A stretch of DNA of 64,000 bases from Lepidodermella squamata (Eukaryota; Animalia; Gastrotricha): NCBI GenBank assembly GCA_047495785.1, contig JBLDXI010000013.1:2232001-2296000 (forward strand). The letters run 5' to 3'. Below the pieces are notes generated by a model. The model did not search any database. It had not been told where the DNA came from and saw only the letters and a program-made list of their open reading frames with translations. A program made the position numbers and the translations under genes. Below are positions 38,184 to 50,012 of this stretch, piece after piece; positions within the stretch are counted from its first letter, which is position 1; every line of letters starts with the position of its first letter.

Positions 38184-38897
38184 AAATTGTGGCTCATCGG
38201 ATTTTTTTTATTCAAGTGATAAAATAAAAATGAAAATTTAAAATGACTTTGCTCCCGTAATAAATGCGAATATTTTTTACATTTGTTTATCACGCATAAT
38301 GAAGTGATGGTAATAATCACATTATATCAAAACGTCAAGCGCGGGACCTGCTCAATGGACCACAACTACACATTTTGCGCAACAGGTTTTGTTTGAAAAT
38401 TTTCGCAACTTTTTCATCTCGTCACATTTTTTCCGCTATATGAATGTCTCTCGTCAAAATAATAATACTTCACAAGCCACATGTCTCAATAAGCCCATTC
38501 GCCCATAAAATATTGCTTTAAATTCATAAATTATATGAAATTATAAACAGCTGCATGCTTTCATTATTTATAACAGCTCCCTAAAAGTTGTTTTAAAGAA
38601 GAAATGTTTATCTCGACACGCGCGGGAAGATCTTTGCCGAAACGACTATTACCTCATGTTTTAGTATATAGATCCAATTAATTCTCGGGCCCGCAAAGTA
38701 ATTAACATTCGCATGACAGCCATTTTTCGCCAAATTTAATTGCTTTTTGTCGCAAAATTGTGCGCTTTGTGAGCCGCAAATCTCACGTAGTTTCGACATA
38801 AAATAATAGTGCTCATCAATTAATGTATTGACGCAATCGCATTAATGTAATAGCGCTGTTCCTGAGTTGTCACCAAGCGTTTTCCACTTTAAATGAA

Positions 38898-40078
38898 ATG
38901 ATATTAAGGAGACCTTCAGGTTTAATTATCTTCGCAGTAATTCTAGCAACAGGTATCGAGTGACAAACTCAACTCGTTCTAACAAATTTTCGATATTTTT
39001 ACAGATATCGCCAATTCCGCCCCTGATCCTAAACTTGGCTTAGCTGTCGGCCACTGTAAGGGCCAGCCTTATGTTCAGAAGCTGCAGATTTGCTGCAATG
39101 GCCACATTTGGGAGGATCCGAACGGCCTTTACACATGTTGCGGAAATGGCCCATGCCTTACTGACGTAGGGGTAAGTAATTTTCATCTTCCCATCGCCAA
39201 TATTCAAACGCATCGTAATATAGGAATCTGTTTACAATATGATGGAAGGTAGGCAAAACCAGGGCATGAATGACTACATGGGACCGGTTCGAGGTCATCC
39301 CCAAGCTACCAGTCTCAGGGTGCGACATTTTCGCAACTTCCCTCCTCGCCTTACGGTTGGACCTCGAGCGGTCGAGATAGCCGCGGGGCCACCTATGAGG
39401 AACGCGCCTTACTACATCTACGAAAGCCAGCGTCCAATGCCGTATCAATTGCCACCAAGGCCTACCTACCAACATCCGTATGACTTCAGACCCATTCCGG
39501 GGTACATTGTCCCAGTCGAGCCGGATTATTTGGTGGAGACTGGTATTTCCACGCCGCCTATGACTACCCAAAAAGATGTGGAGAAGAATGAAGAAACCGA
39601 AAAAACAAATGCTGAGCTTCTGCGAATTTTGATCCAAAAACTGGAAGAATTTGCGAATAACACCAAGCGGGAGCAAGTCACCACCACAAAACAGCCTGAA
39701 AAACTGAATTTGACTACTACAACGCAACCGGAAATTCCTCGCAGGCCTTCGAATCAATTTCAAGGCATGTTTGGATTCGATAGGCAGGCTGATTCAAGAT
39801 ACTTCCTGCCCCAGCCTATTCCTGTTTCTCAGGATGGTTCGCCATTCTACTTCCAGGGCCCAGGATCGATGCAGGATCGTGGGTTTGATCAATCATGGAA
39901 CCCCCATATCCCACCGCCAGATGAAGTCGGGTTTGTAAACCAGCCGATACCGCGGGCTTATCACGTCCAGCCGAAAACTTACATGAGAAGATCTCCAACT
40001 GATAATCGATTTAATAATAATAATCAAAGGATGAGAAATTTCAACGGAAATAGACAATTCAATCCATCAAGACAATAA
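38898..40078 (+). CDS. Secreted Pro/Gln/Arg-rich protein, paralog of 37347-38183
   Basis: Exons 38898-38952, 39005-39171, 39224-40078 splice in phase; signal-like MILRRPSGLIIFAVILATDIANS; motif HCKGQPYVQKLQICCNGHIWEDPNGLYTCCGNGPCLTDVG. Confidence 0.78.
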
Positions 40079-40219
40079 CAGCCTGAGAATCGCTCAATAT
40101 TTTATTAAAATTGTTGACGACATAAAAATTATCTCTATCGTTGAAATGTATTTTACTATCCTGCGAAACTAGCCTAAATTTGTTTCATTTCGAATAAAAT
40201 GTTCACTTGAAATTATAAT

Positions 40220-41908
40220 TTATTCGGTACATTCAGCCAGGGATTCCTCAATAACTTCATGAACCTCATCGCCGATCGGAAGGGGTGAAGATTTAGCTTC
40301 GTTAGTCGGTAGATTTTCAACTATTTCATGTACAGCCACTTCCTCAACAAGATCCTCAGCTACCACTTGAGAGTGAAAATATTCTTGAACTTCCTCTGCA
40401 ACTTCTTCAGCTTGCACGTCCAATTCCAGAGCAGGCTCTTTGCTGAACTCGGCTTCATTACTAGGCGGCGCCTCAACCTGCTCCTCGACGTGCGCCTCAC
40501 AGTCCTGAACCTCCTGGTGACAATTACCTAGATCAAGAGCATGCTCACCGTACATACCTTCATCGTCCTCCTGGTCAAACTGAACCCGCTCCTGAATCTC
40601 CTGAGCGAGTTGACTCTCCAACATCTCAAACTCAGCCTGAAGACGCTGTTCGTCATCCGACATGACCTGCTCAACAGTCTCGGCGTAAATCACACGCCGA
40701 TGGTAGTCCTCCTTAGGCGGCGACGGTGGTAGCAGCGCTGTTTCATTCGGCGGCGACGATGAAATTCGGCGAAAAATCGTCGGCGTTTGAATTTTCGGCG
40801 GCGTCGGCGTCGGCGGCTTCGAGCTCTTCACCGACGATGCCGCACTTTTCGGCGGGCTTGGCATGCTCGTAATCATCACCGGAGGTGGCGTAGAATCAGG
40901 CGTATGCTCCACAGTGCTACTTCTCAGCATCAACTGCTGCCGTTCGAGTTGCGCACCGATAATTTTAATCGTCGACAATTGGTGCTCTAAAATGTGCTGT
41001 TGCTGATGAGCCCGAGTTATCTTCTCCGACATAATCACCGTCGTATTTGACCGTTCGTGGGATGACGCGTTGGACAAACGGTGTTTGTGATTGCTTGTAT
41101 CCGACAATTCATCTCGCAATTTAACGAGCTCGCCCAATATTTTCGACGACTGCTCGAGATTTCGACTCAAAACATCGGCGTTTTTGACGAGTTCGCTCAA
41201 ATCCCAACCAGGGCTTATCAGCTCTCGCGGGTCGGTGTAATTAAGAGGATTATACTCCTTGGCATTGCTTGATCGATTACTGCTGTGCCGCGAGCCTTTG
41301 CGCGAGTTGAAAATTCGCCGAACCTTCGCCGCTAATTTGTCGAGATTTCGCGAAATTCTCGCGTGTTGTTGGATAACGTTTTCAAAGGTCGCTTCATAAC
41401 ACTTGGCGTAACGCTGCCGTTTATCTATAAAGCGCCGGCACGACCCGTCTTGGCACATAGTTGAGACTGAAAAGCTGAATGGTAGCGGTTTCGTCGTAGG
41501 TTTCATTCCCAGCGCTGATAGCGTCGTGAATTTTTGCCGTAGATGAGGCGGCGGTGGTAGCTGAGGAGTTGGCTGGATGCCAACGCCGTTGACGATCAAA
41601 TCGCATGACCTCGAGCGCGTGAAAGTCGGCCTCGCGTTGGCTTCGGATGAAAATAAATTACTACTAGGTGTTTTACATTGTAAAAAAGACGTTGAGTTAC
41701 TACTGAGTGCTGCTGAGAAAAAGTTGACTGGCGACGGCGATTGCCGACGGCTTCGCTGTTGCTGCTGCTGATTAAGCGCCAGTGTTGACGAGTGAGCCGA
41801 CGATGTTAGGCCCGTCGATGAGTAGGCCGGCGACGGTGAGCCGAGGCGATTCTTGTAATTATCAGCGAACCGGTGATTGTTGTTGTTGTTTATCGCCGCG
41901 ATGGACAT
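40220..41908 (-). CDS. Intronless 562-aa low-complexity protein (Ser/Pro-rich, central coiled-coil, Glu/Val-rich C-terminus); function unknown
   Basis: Long ATG-initiated ORF; no recognisable family motif. Confidence 0.7.
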   Translation of the reverse strand: MSIAAINNNNNHRFADNYKNRLGSPSPAYSSTGLTSSAHSSTLALNQQQQQRSRRQSPSPVNFFSAALSSNSTSFLQCKTPSSNLFSSEANARPTFTRSRSCDLIVNGVGIQPTPQLPPPPHLRQKFTTLSALGMKPTTKPLPFSFSVSTMCQDGSCRRFIDKRQRYAKCYEATFENVIQQHARISRNLDKLAAKVRRIFNSRKGSRHSSNRSSNAKEYNPLNYTDPRELISPGWDLSELVKNADVLSRNLEQSSKILGELVKLRDELSDTSNHKHRLSNASSHERSNTTVIMSEKITRAHQQQHILEHQLSTIKIIGAQLERQQLMLRSSTVEHTPDSTPPPVMITSMPSPPKSAASSVKSSKPPTPTPPKIQTPTIFRRISSSPPNETALLPPSPPKEDYHRRVIYAETVEQVMSDDEQRLQAEFEMLESQLAQEIQERVQFDQEDDEGMYGEHALDLGNCHQEVQDCEAHVEEQVEAPPSNEAEFSKEPALELDVQAEEVAEEVQEYFHSQVVAEDLVEEVAVHEIVENLPTNEAKSSPLPIGDEVHEVIEESLAECTE

Positions 41909-42546
41909 GATGTGAAGATGAAACTTTTACTGCATTACACAATGATTAACACGTTCTGAGATGCGGCTTGTTTATCATACATACTTACTCTTATGCTGAA
42001 AGATGATCACAAGGGCGAGATCAAGTTGCAATCGATCAAAGGTATCAAATTAAGCTTTCAAACTTATTGCGCGCCCCGCCCGTCTATTGCGGAAGCTTCT
42101 AGAGAAATCAAATAACGCCGCATGTTTTTGAGCTCATCCTTTTCTTAGCCATCGCGCGGACAAAATGCGTGCTTCCGTTAATCTTAAAGTACCCTTGAGA
42201 TCAGCCTTTATCAGCGTGGTTAATACTCGTTCAGATTTTATTATACGAGAATTATGAACTGGAAAACAAACAAAACATCTCGTTAGTACGATCAAATTTT
42301 ACCCATATAAATCGCACTGCCTTATTCATCTTTAATAGTACACTTGGTGCATAAATTCCAGTCCTCTTTTTCCGTAAACAAAATCGAAGCACATTTCCAA
42401 TTAATGGATGATATTATAATATCTCAAGCAAGGAGTAAAATGAGTCTGAGGGAAATACCAACCAAATAAGATTACCAAAGAGCGTGAAAAATGGCTTGTT
42501 ATAGGTTCCAACGCTGTATGGAAGGTGGAAGTAAAAATAAATAAAA

Positions 42547-42814
42547 AAGAATATCTTTTAGCAGAACCAAATTTCAAGAGTTAACTCCAAATGCAGATGA
42601 ATAATAAAAGCGCTATTTTTTTGAATAATTCTTTAGTCGTAATTACGCCGTGTTCTTGACGTGATGGCCAGGCCTTATATTTCAAATCACGGAGGATTTT
42701 ATGTTCATTTATTTCTATTTTTCTGAATTGATCGCGAAATTCCGAAAACAATTGAAAAATTCATGTTTGGGCAAATTAATTACTCGAAATTAGGTTCCGC
42801 TAAAAGTATGACCC
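42547..42814. mobile_element. Second, more degenerate member of the 21724-22040 MITE family
   Basis: Left GAATATCTTTTAGCAGAACCAAATTT; right AAATTAGGTTCCGCTAAAAGTATGACCC; interior not obviously alignable; TSD degenerate. Confidence 0.65.
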
Positions 42815-42954
42815 AATAATAGAATAAGTGAAATATTTTATTCATTTTCCAATTCATGTCAAGGTCAGACCCAGATTGATGAAATGTCGTACAACATATT
42901 GATTAAAATCTTAATGTGAATTTTTTTTTATTTTTTTTTAACCGCCTTAATATG

Positions 42955-45732
42955 TTAGTAATCTTCGGCCATTTTAGCAGGCATGCGCCACACCCGCTTT
43001 ACAGCCTCGTCTTCATGACTAGCCCAACTGCCTTCTCTCGGGTCGAAATTCCACCGTCGACCTGTCCGGTCGTCGATAGCAATAAGCATCTGAACCGCAA
43101 AGCTGCTTTTGCACCCTTCAATCCAAACTTCGACGTGATCCAAGTCCGAGCTCAGTCGTTGATGAGTGACCTCGGCGAACAGTTCGATACTTCTTGGAGC
43201 TTCAGCCCTGCGGAAAGAGCCTAGCGATAGTGGCCGGGTATGCCGACCATCAGTGCCAACTAGAGCGATAAAAGCTTCAGCTTTCGCTTCGTGTGATATC
43301 GAGTTGTATTCGAGCGAGTTCAGAGCTAGAGTTATCCGATGAGTCGCCATAAAGCTTTGCTGCCTCTTGATAATAATCTGCTTAGCAACTTGTTCAATAG
43401 CTATTTTGATAGATTTTCGCATGTCGTCGTGGTCTTGCGGTTGTTCATCGGTTACAATTAGATCGTAACTTTTCTGAAAATGATCCAGAGCCTTCTCGAA
43501 CTGCTCCATCTGCACGTAGCATTGAGCGAGTAAAACATTGATGTTTATCAGCCACTTATTGCCGATTTCCAAATCTCGCTCTTTATGACGTAGCCGTGTT
43601 CGCGGGCTCGAACGGTAGTGCAAGCGACGCATGGCTGAACTCACTTTTCGAGCCAGCTGAAGACCAGCTGTCCCGATGTCGAGAGCTGCCGAAATATTGC
43701 CAATTTCGTAAAAGCAGCGAGCAATTTCATGGCAAAGCCAAATTTGCTCGGATTGTTGGCACTTTTGATTCCTTAGTTTTTCCGTCCATCTTAAAAAAAA
43801 ACCCAGTAATTTACAGCTTAATTTCAAAACTCAAACTTGCATGTCTATAGCTGCGTTGTAGTCCCCCATTTTCGCGTAGGTTCGGCCTATATCGTTGAAT
43901 GATCTCGATTTGGCATCAGACAGGTTCCTATAGTCCAGTATAATTAACATTGAGCTTGAAGCTCGATTTTTTCTCACCTTTCCTCTCCCAACGTTCGCTC
44001 AATCGTGAAGTGGGCTAAAGCGCGATCATAGTCATGCAGGTCCAATAAACAATTTCCGATGTAATGATGGGCAAATGCAACGATTTCTGGCTTATATTTG
44101 AAGCTGATATCATCTTCTTTCAGTATATGATGCTCCATTCTTCTTGCCAAGACAAGGGTTCCATCTAAGTCTCCGCTGTTGTAGGCTGAAAATAAGCTAA
44201 TTCATATTCGATTATGAACTTGATTGAAATTTACCTAGATCAATTTCTACCAGGTTCCTATAGTATTTTTCGCGTAGAAATTCGGAAGTTTTGAGAATGG
44301 AATCTCGCCGAGCTCGAGCTTCCTGGCTGATCGGTTTTTGCTGAAGCCAAAACTCAGCTCTATGATTAAGGTAGGAAAGTCCATCGCGGCATAAATCGAC
44401 GACATTTGACTTTTTGCTTTTAATATGCTTCAACTTTGATGGTCTGGCCTCTGTAAACAAATTGAACTACAACAGAGTGGTAAGATTCCCAAAATGTCGA
44501 ACCTTCCTCTTTCTTTAGGCTATCAAGAAATTTCTTATCAGCGTGGAGCTGGCCTAGAAGCATTTTTGAGACCTTATCTTCAATAACAGGTTTCTGGCTC
44601 CTCGGTTTCGAAGAATTTACTATCGATCTCCTTGAAGTAGGGGCTCCACTTTTAGCGTGTTCACGCGTTCGAACAGTGGTGGTTTCCTTATTGGAAATGG
44701 GTCGCGATCGATGATGACTTGACCGTTGCCGCTCGTTCACTAAAATCATCATAAAATATCATGTTATAAAATTAAAACAAAGGTTCTCACATCCGATGCT
44801 GTTTTTGATCGCCTCCTCAGCTTTTTGAATGCCGATTTTAAATTCGTGCATTTCAGGCCGAATGTGATCGCCCCGATGAAAGAAAACGAGGGCCATTTCG
44901 AATTTTCCCATTTGATAAAACGCCTCAGCCTTCATGAAAAGCCCGCGAGGGAACTCGGCATCAGCGCCGAGCGAACTTTCCGCATCAGCAAGAGCCTCGT
45001 TTGAATTTCCCATATGAATGTAACACTTGGCCCTAGCAACCAAGCAATATTTATCATTAGGCCGAAGCTCCAAGGCCTGTAATTAAAACTAAATTTGTTG
45101 AAAATTTGTTGAATAAAAGTGAATACCTTCGTCAGACTCTGAACTGTTCGCTTGAACTGGCGCTGTGAGTAGAATTTCATAGCTCTAGAATATTCCTCTC
45201 GAAAAACGGCCGCAATTTTTTCAGCACTCATCTTGCTAATCGAGCTGAGAAACGCCGCACCAATCGCATCGTCTGGTTTCAAACTCTTTTTAGGAACTAT
45301 CATCGACTTCCGCTTAACCGCCTGCTGCTTTTTCTGTTCGTCGCCCTCTTCGCCGAATTCGTCGAAAGTCGCGCGCGATTTTGCCCGCGATTCGACTCGC
45401 ATATCAGTTCCTGCTGTTCGATGATCCCACGCGAACACAATCGAAACCTCGCCGTCATCGCTAATCTCGTCGTCGTCATTTTGAGGCGCATTAGTGCCTT
45501 TCAACCGCTGCATAACCATAAGAGTCGCTGATTCAATAGAGGCCGAGGGTGGTAAGGCATCTTTATCGTACTGCCGAGATGGGAAATATGACGATGTTCG
45601 GCGTTCCTCGGCTATTGGACCTGATAACTTGCTGGAACCCTGGCGGCTGAATACGGTACTGCTCGATTCAGGGCGGCTGAGGCCGCTTTTGCTGCCGAAA
45701 CTCTTCGTCCGAGGTAAGGCGTCCAATTCCAT
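42955..45732 (-). CDS. TTC25/ODAD4-like TPR protein, divergent paralog A, with long N-terminal extension and C-terminal PLAT-like domain
   Basis: Multi-exon; ALELRPNDKYCLVARAKCYIHMG..AEAFYQMGKFEMALVFFHRG..RPEMHEFKIGIQKAEEAIKNSIG; LLGQLHADKKFL; GLSYLNHRAEFWLQQKPI; WLCHEIARC. Confidence 0.85.
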
Positions 45733-45818
45733 ATTTATTTCAGGAAATAATGCTGCGAATTGATTCAAATATTGGCTGGCGATTCACGCCTCATTTCGAT
45801 CACGCTATTCTGAAATTT

Positions 45819-45845
45819 ACCGCCTTGGCAACGCATTTATAAACA
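45819..45845. promoter_or_regulatory. RFX X-box half-site plus forkhead-type motif upstream of TTC25 paralog A
   Basis: ACCGCCTTGGCAAC followed by ATAAACA, ~90 nt upstream of the ATG. Confidence 0.5.
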
Positions 45846-46369
45846 CGTTATTGTTTACGCAAAAGCATGAAATCAGGTACAGTTTTACTTCCTTCAACGA
45901 TTAGATAGTTGAACAATGCATCAATTTCCGATTCCGCGTATAATTTAATTGAAAAAATGATAATATCGGCATGTTGTAATATTTTGAAATTGAGTTGCGT
46001 TTTTTTTTGATAAAATTCACGACTTTCACACAAAATATAAATAATATCGCAGGTTTTACACCCGTAATTCGTATTCACATAATAATAATATGATCCTGTT
46101 TGATCACAGGGTAATATCAAGGTAATATTTGATTTTTTTTCAACAATGATCAGCATAATCTAAATTTTAAAAAAGCTAAAACAGGTGTTGAGATTATTGG
46201 CCATTATTTAAATATTCAAAGGATTTCCGATTATCGAGTTTTGGCATCAGAAATTCCGATCGTGAAAATATAATATCATGACAAGAAAACATAATCGGAT
46301 GCATTACGTACAGTGGTATAATTGTCTCTCAGCTGTTTAGTTTTTTTGGTTAAATTTTCGGTTTAGCAC

Positions 46370-49300
46370 TTAGGCCTCATCGAAGGCCGTCATCCGCCAC
46401 ACTTGCTTGCTCGCATCGTCGTCGTGCGAGGCCCACGAGCCGGTGTGGCCGTCGAACGACCAGCGTTTGTTCGACCGCTCGTCGGCCACATCGAGCGTGA
46501 TGACGGTGAAGTTGGAGCAGCCGTCGACCCACAAATCAGCCCGAGCCATCGCACTGATCCGCTGATGAGCCGGTTCAGCGACCAGTTCGGCTGTGCTCGG
46601 CGATACGTCCTTGTCGAAGGAGCCGAGCGCGAGGGAACCCGTTCGCCGGCCGTCTTGCCCGACCAATAACAGAAACGCCTCGCCTCTAGTCGTCGTGTAT
46701 TCGAGCGAGGAGAGGGTCAAGTTAATCTTGTACGTTGTTATCACGTCCTCAAACTGAAAAAAAAACAATTTCAATCAAGTTTTTCACGCTCCATTGTATC
46801 TACTAACCGCGTCTTGTTGCTTCGCCTCGCGAATTCGCTTGGTAAGCTGTTCGATGGCTGCTTTAACAACTCGTCGCAGTTCTTCCTCGCCTTCGGTTAA
46901 ATCGTAGGCGTGGTCGTACTGTTCGAGGGCTCTCTCGAACGCCTCGACTTTGTTCATTTGAATGTAAGACTGGGCGGCTAGGATGTTGCAGTTGAGAATC
47001 CACTTGCGGTTGCTTTCAGCCTTAGCCGAGTCCAACGCCCGGGCCGCGTAATCTAAAGCAGTTGAAAAGTTGCCCAGTTCGTAGTAGCAACGGCCGATTT
47101 CGTGGCACAGCCACGTCTGGGCTAGCAGTGAACACGTCTGACCATTCAACTTCTGACTCCATCTATTAGAAACAATCCCTTCAAATACCGCTGAAATTTA
47201 GAAGAAAAATCGCCTTACATCTCTATCGCTTTGTTGTGATCACCCATTCGGGCATAAGTTCTACCGATATCGTCAAAAGCACGAGATTTAGCGTCAGGCA
47301 AATTGCTGTCCTCGCCATAGGCTCGTTCTTTGTTGAAGTATTCCATAGCCTTAGCATGGTCGCCCTTTTCCAGTAAGCAGTTGCCCATAAAATGGTCAAT
47401 GAATGCGAGGATTTCTGGCTTGTATTGGAAGGTGACATCTGGCTCTTTGGTCACTTGGTTTTCCAAACGGCGGGCGTGGGCGAGGGCGCCATCGTAATCA
47501 CCACGATGGAAAGCTGTTTGGATAATAAAATTGTGGTAATCGTATCCTTAACCTTTAGAAATAAATTACCAGCGTCGATTTCGGCTAATTTTCCGAGATA
47601 CATATCTCGAGTTCCCTGAGTGGTGCGACCTGCCGCTTCTCGGCGTTGGCGGGCTCGCTGGCTGATGGGTTTTTGTTGCCGCCAGAATTCGGTTCGATTG
47701 TCGAGGTAAGAGAGACCGTCCGAACACAGCTCTTTGACTTGAGATTTCTGTGTTTTCGCATGCTTCACAGGCCGATTTTCTATGAATATAAAATTATTCA
47801 GCTGATGTGCCTACTTATTTAATTTTAATAAAATTACCCTCTTCGCGAAGCAAGTTTCCTAGAAATTGCTTGTCTTGGTAGAGTTGACCTAAAAGAAGCT
47901 TGGATGCCTTATCGTCGCCGGCGCTTTTTACTTCGCTTTTAGACGAATTTACGCCGCGGCCTTGACCTGCAGCCGGCTTCCGAGCTCCTCGTTTAGTTTT
48001 CTGAGACAAGACAGAATTCGAATAAGTTCACTGCAAGAAACGAGTCCTTACATCATCTTCAGGGTCAAGCAGATCAACACCTTCGATTCGTCTGAGCTTT
48101 CCACAATTTCCAGCTATTGCAAAGCAAAATAAAAGCAATCGATCAAAAAACATGTTGATGATTTTTAATTTGAAATACATGCGATTTGTTAGTGGTCATA
48201 TCTGGCATTCCCCAGTCGAAGCCTTACCTGCTTGTTCTTGAAAAACAGTACGGCCTAGTGAGTGATCAAATTTTAGCACAGTGAAATTCCCAGAATGACA
48301 TGGACAATTATAAGCAATTTGAAATAAATATCGGCGTTCTGTGATAATCTCATTCTCGTTGAATTATGATTATTCCCATTCCCATTTCCCACCAAGTAAG
48401 CAAACCTTCTTTTGAGGGCGTAAAAACTGGCGCACACATTTCACATTTCTCTATGATAATCGCGCTGATAGATTGAAACTTACGCCCAATGCTGTTGTTG
48501 ATAGCTTCCTCAGCTTTTTGAATGCCAACTTTGAACTCGTGCATTTCGGGGCGGTTGTTGAAGCCGCGATGGTAGTAAACAAGAGCCATCTCAAACTTTC
48601 CCATCTGGTAAAGAGCCTCAGCTTTCATGAAGAGACCTCTTGGGAATTCGGCATCGTCCTTCAGTGACGTTTCTGCATCTTGCAAAGCTTCGGTTGAATT
48701 GCCAAGGTGTAAGTAGCATTTCGCACGAGCGACCAAGCAGTACTTGTCCTCCGCTCGAAGCTCAAGAGCCTGAAATAAAGAAATGTTATGATGGGTCAAA
48801 TCAGATCTGAAAATGAACATTGTTAATTGATCCTAAAGCTCGTTTATATAATCCCCGTGAATAATAACGCATTGATCGTGAAAATTCTAGTCGGAACATG
48901 GCAGCCTGTTCACCAGGAGACATTTCCAAGAGCTGTGCGCTTCTACGAGCTGACAATTTCTCTGATTTTTTCTTTTCTGGAGGCGGCAGAGATTTTCTAT
49001 TATTTAGAGGCTGTGGATCCAAAGATTTTTTGGGCGGCAAACTCTTTTTAGGTGTAATTCGCTTGGTATCTTCCACCGTTTGCGGTTGATATTCACTGGG
49101 GTCCATGCTAAACTCGATAGCAAGACGATGATCAATTGTTGTTTCCTCCATGAACAGGGGCCTCAAAGAGCGATCAAATGTAAAAACAACGGATACATCG
49201 TCATCGCTTGACTCGGCCTCCACGGCTTCCTCGTTTTCCTTCGCTTTCATTTTCTGAAGTTTTCTGAACTGCCGGACTGACACGGATGCATCAGACATTT

Positions 49301-49789
49301 GACTAGTCTGCTTGTCAATAACTCGAGGAGCGATGAAAGTGGAAGTCCTGCGATCCAAAGTATTCTCAGGGGAGTCAAATACATCGTTATCTTCTGAAAA
49401 AATGCTTCCCCTGAGCCGCTTGGACGTACCACGGCGGCTTAGAAGCGCCTCGACTTCCATTTTAACTAATCTTGATAAATAATGTGTGAACTGACGATCA
49501 AATGACCGGTGGAATTGACATCCGTTGTCTATGCATTTTTTACCCGACAACTCACGCATAACTCAAATCACCGAACTATCGTTAGTAGCAACGCAGAGTC
49601 GAGTCTTTACCTGCATTCTCTCGCGCGCGTTAGTGTTAAAATACTCACCGTAGAATAGCTCTCGATCGCTTTTCTGTACTGGCCAATCTTGTACAGCATA
49701 TCGGCCTCAGCTCTGTAGACTTCAAATGAGCTCTTCGGTCCTCCTTCCTCGCTTCCCTCATCTTCGTCGTGTTTCTTGCCTTTGCCCAT
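46370..49789 (-). CDS. TTC25: TTC25/ODAD4 outer dynein arm docking complex TPR protein, paralog B (two alternative first coding exons; C-terminal PLAT-like domain)
   Basis: Canonical exon 49789-49649 (SSFEVYRAEADMLYKIGQYRKAIESYST) joins 48769 (ALELRAEDKYCLVARAKCYLHLG); LLGQLYQDKQFL; GLSYLDNRTEFWRQQKPI; TWLCHEIGRCYYELG. Confidence 0.88.
49581..49592. promoter_or_regulatory. X-box-like element upstream of the alternative long first exon of TTC25 paralog B
   Basis: GTTAGTAGCAAC, ~120 nt upstream of ATG 49460. Confidence 0.5.
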
Positions 49790-49983
49790 TTCTTAATGTT
49801 CTCTTAATAGCTATTTCGCGGGATAAAAGAATAAATGTACCTAGTAGAATAGAAAAGGAATAGAATGCCATGTATTATTCAGGTTCAAATATCGATTCTT
49901 CAAAAATTACTGTCATCAAGATCAGCGAGCACGCAATTCGATGAAAAACGGCTCTAACTTCAAGAAGGCTCATGGCGCATAGC

Positions 49984-50012
49984 GTTACTAAGGTGACCAT
50001 ATTTAATAAACA
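49984..50012. promoter_or_regulatory. RFX X-box plus forkhead-type motif upstream of the canonical TTC25 exon 1
   Basis: GTTACTAAGGTGAC (49984-49997) followed by ATAAACA; fits known RFX/FoxJ1 control of motile-cilia genes. Confidence 0.6.
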
